Of a stretch of DNA of 64,000 nucleotides, positions 62,810-64,000 are shown in pieces. Both the position numbers and the translations under genes were made by a program. The first letter of the stretch is position 1; each line of letters opens with the position of its first letter. The notes under the pieces are model-generated. The model did no database searches, was not told where the DNA came from, and was given only the letters and a program-made list of their open reading frames with translations. The DNA is from Octopus sinensis (lineage: Eukaryota), in the NCBI RefSeq assembly GCF_006345805.1, contig NW_021833893.1, positions 1 to 64,000 on the forward strand, written 5' to 3'.

Positions 62810-64000
62810 TCAATCTTGAAGCACCTCAGGGTAAACAATATTCATTGTGTAATTTTTGGTTGGTTTCGAAATGAATAAATTGTTGCTGCTTCCAGCTCGC
62901 GAGCAAGCAACATAGAGTTGGCCGTGGAAGAAGCAGGCAGTAGAGAGATCACGTCCAACTACTTTAAGGGACTGACTCTGAGATTCAAATACCAAAAGTT
63001 TGACTGGAAACTGAAATGTCTTAAATTCAAATGGAACATTTGTAAGTATGAGAGGAATTTTTTAATAAAGACATTTTCTCCTTTGTGACTACCTGTTATG
63101 ATTGTTGCCTGTAGGACATGAGGCTTCATTGAAGTAACAATTAAGCGAGTTTCATTATTCAGGTGAGATAGGTCAAGATTCCTAAGCAGCATAATAGGAG
63201 CACCCAATTTTATTTTCAAGTTATGCATCGGCATACCAGTGTGTTTAAGTGCGTTCAGAAATTCAACACGGTATTGAACAATCTGATCTTTGTCGACTGT
63301 TGTCAATCCATAAGATCCCTAAGAGAAAGTATCATTTGATTGTGTGTTGCTTGTATGATGACGTCTTTTCACATGTCTCCAAAAGTACGATTTTTTAAAC
63401 CAAGCATTGATCTCATCAGCTTTTGATCATTTGAGGATAACTGGCAACGTTTGACGAAAATCTCTTGCAAGAACGGTTTTCTCCTCCCATGAGCGTGCAA
63501 TTGTTTTTTATGTTTCTGAGGGTAAGGTCAAGTACCTCTAGAGCTCCACGTTGTGACAGTGCACTCATCTCAAACAATGAGGCAAGTTTGTTGGAGAATT
63601 GTTGCCATTGCAGAGTTTTGGGAAATGTTGCACATTTGAGATTCTTCCATTGTAAGGTTTAGAGGGAGCTTGAACATGGAATGAACAGGTCTTTCCCCAT
63701 TGAGGAGGGTAGCTGCAATACTGGAAGAAGGTTTGATTTCATTTCCACCCATTTAGGATTGCAGGTGAAAGTGACAAAAAGCTCTAGTTTTCTATATGTC
63801 CTGATGTATGTCATAGCATCTTGTATTCGTTCGTGCATATGTTGAGGACCACCTGTGAATGATGATAGGAAGATTATAAGTGCCCCATGTTTTGAATATC
63901 ACCATCTGTCCTTAGAGCATCTTGGAAGAGAAAATAATTTTTAGCCTTTAACTTTTTTCGATTGTTATGAATGTAGAGGAGACGCTCACTCTCAACTTAA
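62810..64000 (-). pseudogene. Helitron Rep-helicase (PIF1-like), decayed with internal deletions; runs off the window
   Basis: ESERLLYI, SSFTGGPQHMHER.QDAM, FVTFTCNPKW, SSIAATLL, DFRQTLPV, GAPIMLLRNL, HGQLYVACSR, NIVYPEVL. Confidence 0.92.

Overview
AT-rich animal genomic DNA made almost entirely of repeats and microsatellites. The SINE families, (TA)n load and TTAGGG-like tracts suggest an octopus-like mollusc; this is inference from recognised repeats, not a database result. No host exon, rRNA, tRNA gene or CRISPR array could be supported, and most ORF-track entries are (TA)n artefacts or transposon debris. Retroelements: about nine fragments of one RTE family (PHD-like finger in ORF2, tandem-hairpin 3' UTR), two further RTE families, CR1- and L2-like LINEs, a Penelope-like element with a GIY-YIG domain, a probable Hero-like RLE fragment and at least two tRNA-derived SINE families. 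DNA transposons: Buster-type hAT, Merlin, several mariners, an internally deleted Helitron with non-autonomous copies, and palindromic MITEs. Best hidden signal: four minimal type I hammerhead-ribozyme motifs. Three intact-looking ones (6633-6768, 13487-13521, 58561-58596) have palindromic helix III; a decayed one (55152-55187) lies downstream of the GIY-YIG ORF. Variants include U4C, A6U, an extra A after A9 and a 90-nt loop II. Repeat boundaries are approximate unless a terminal motif is quoted.
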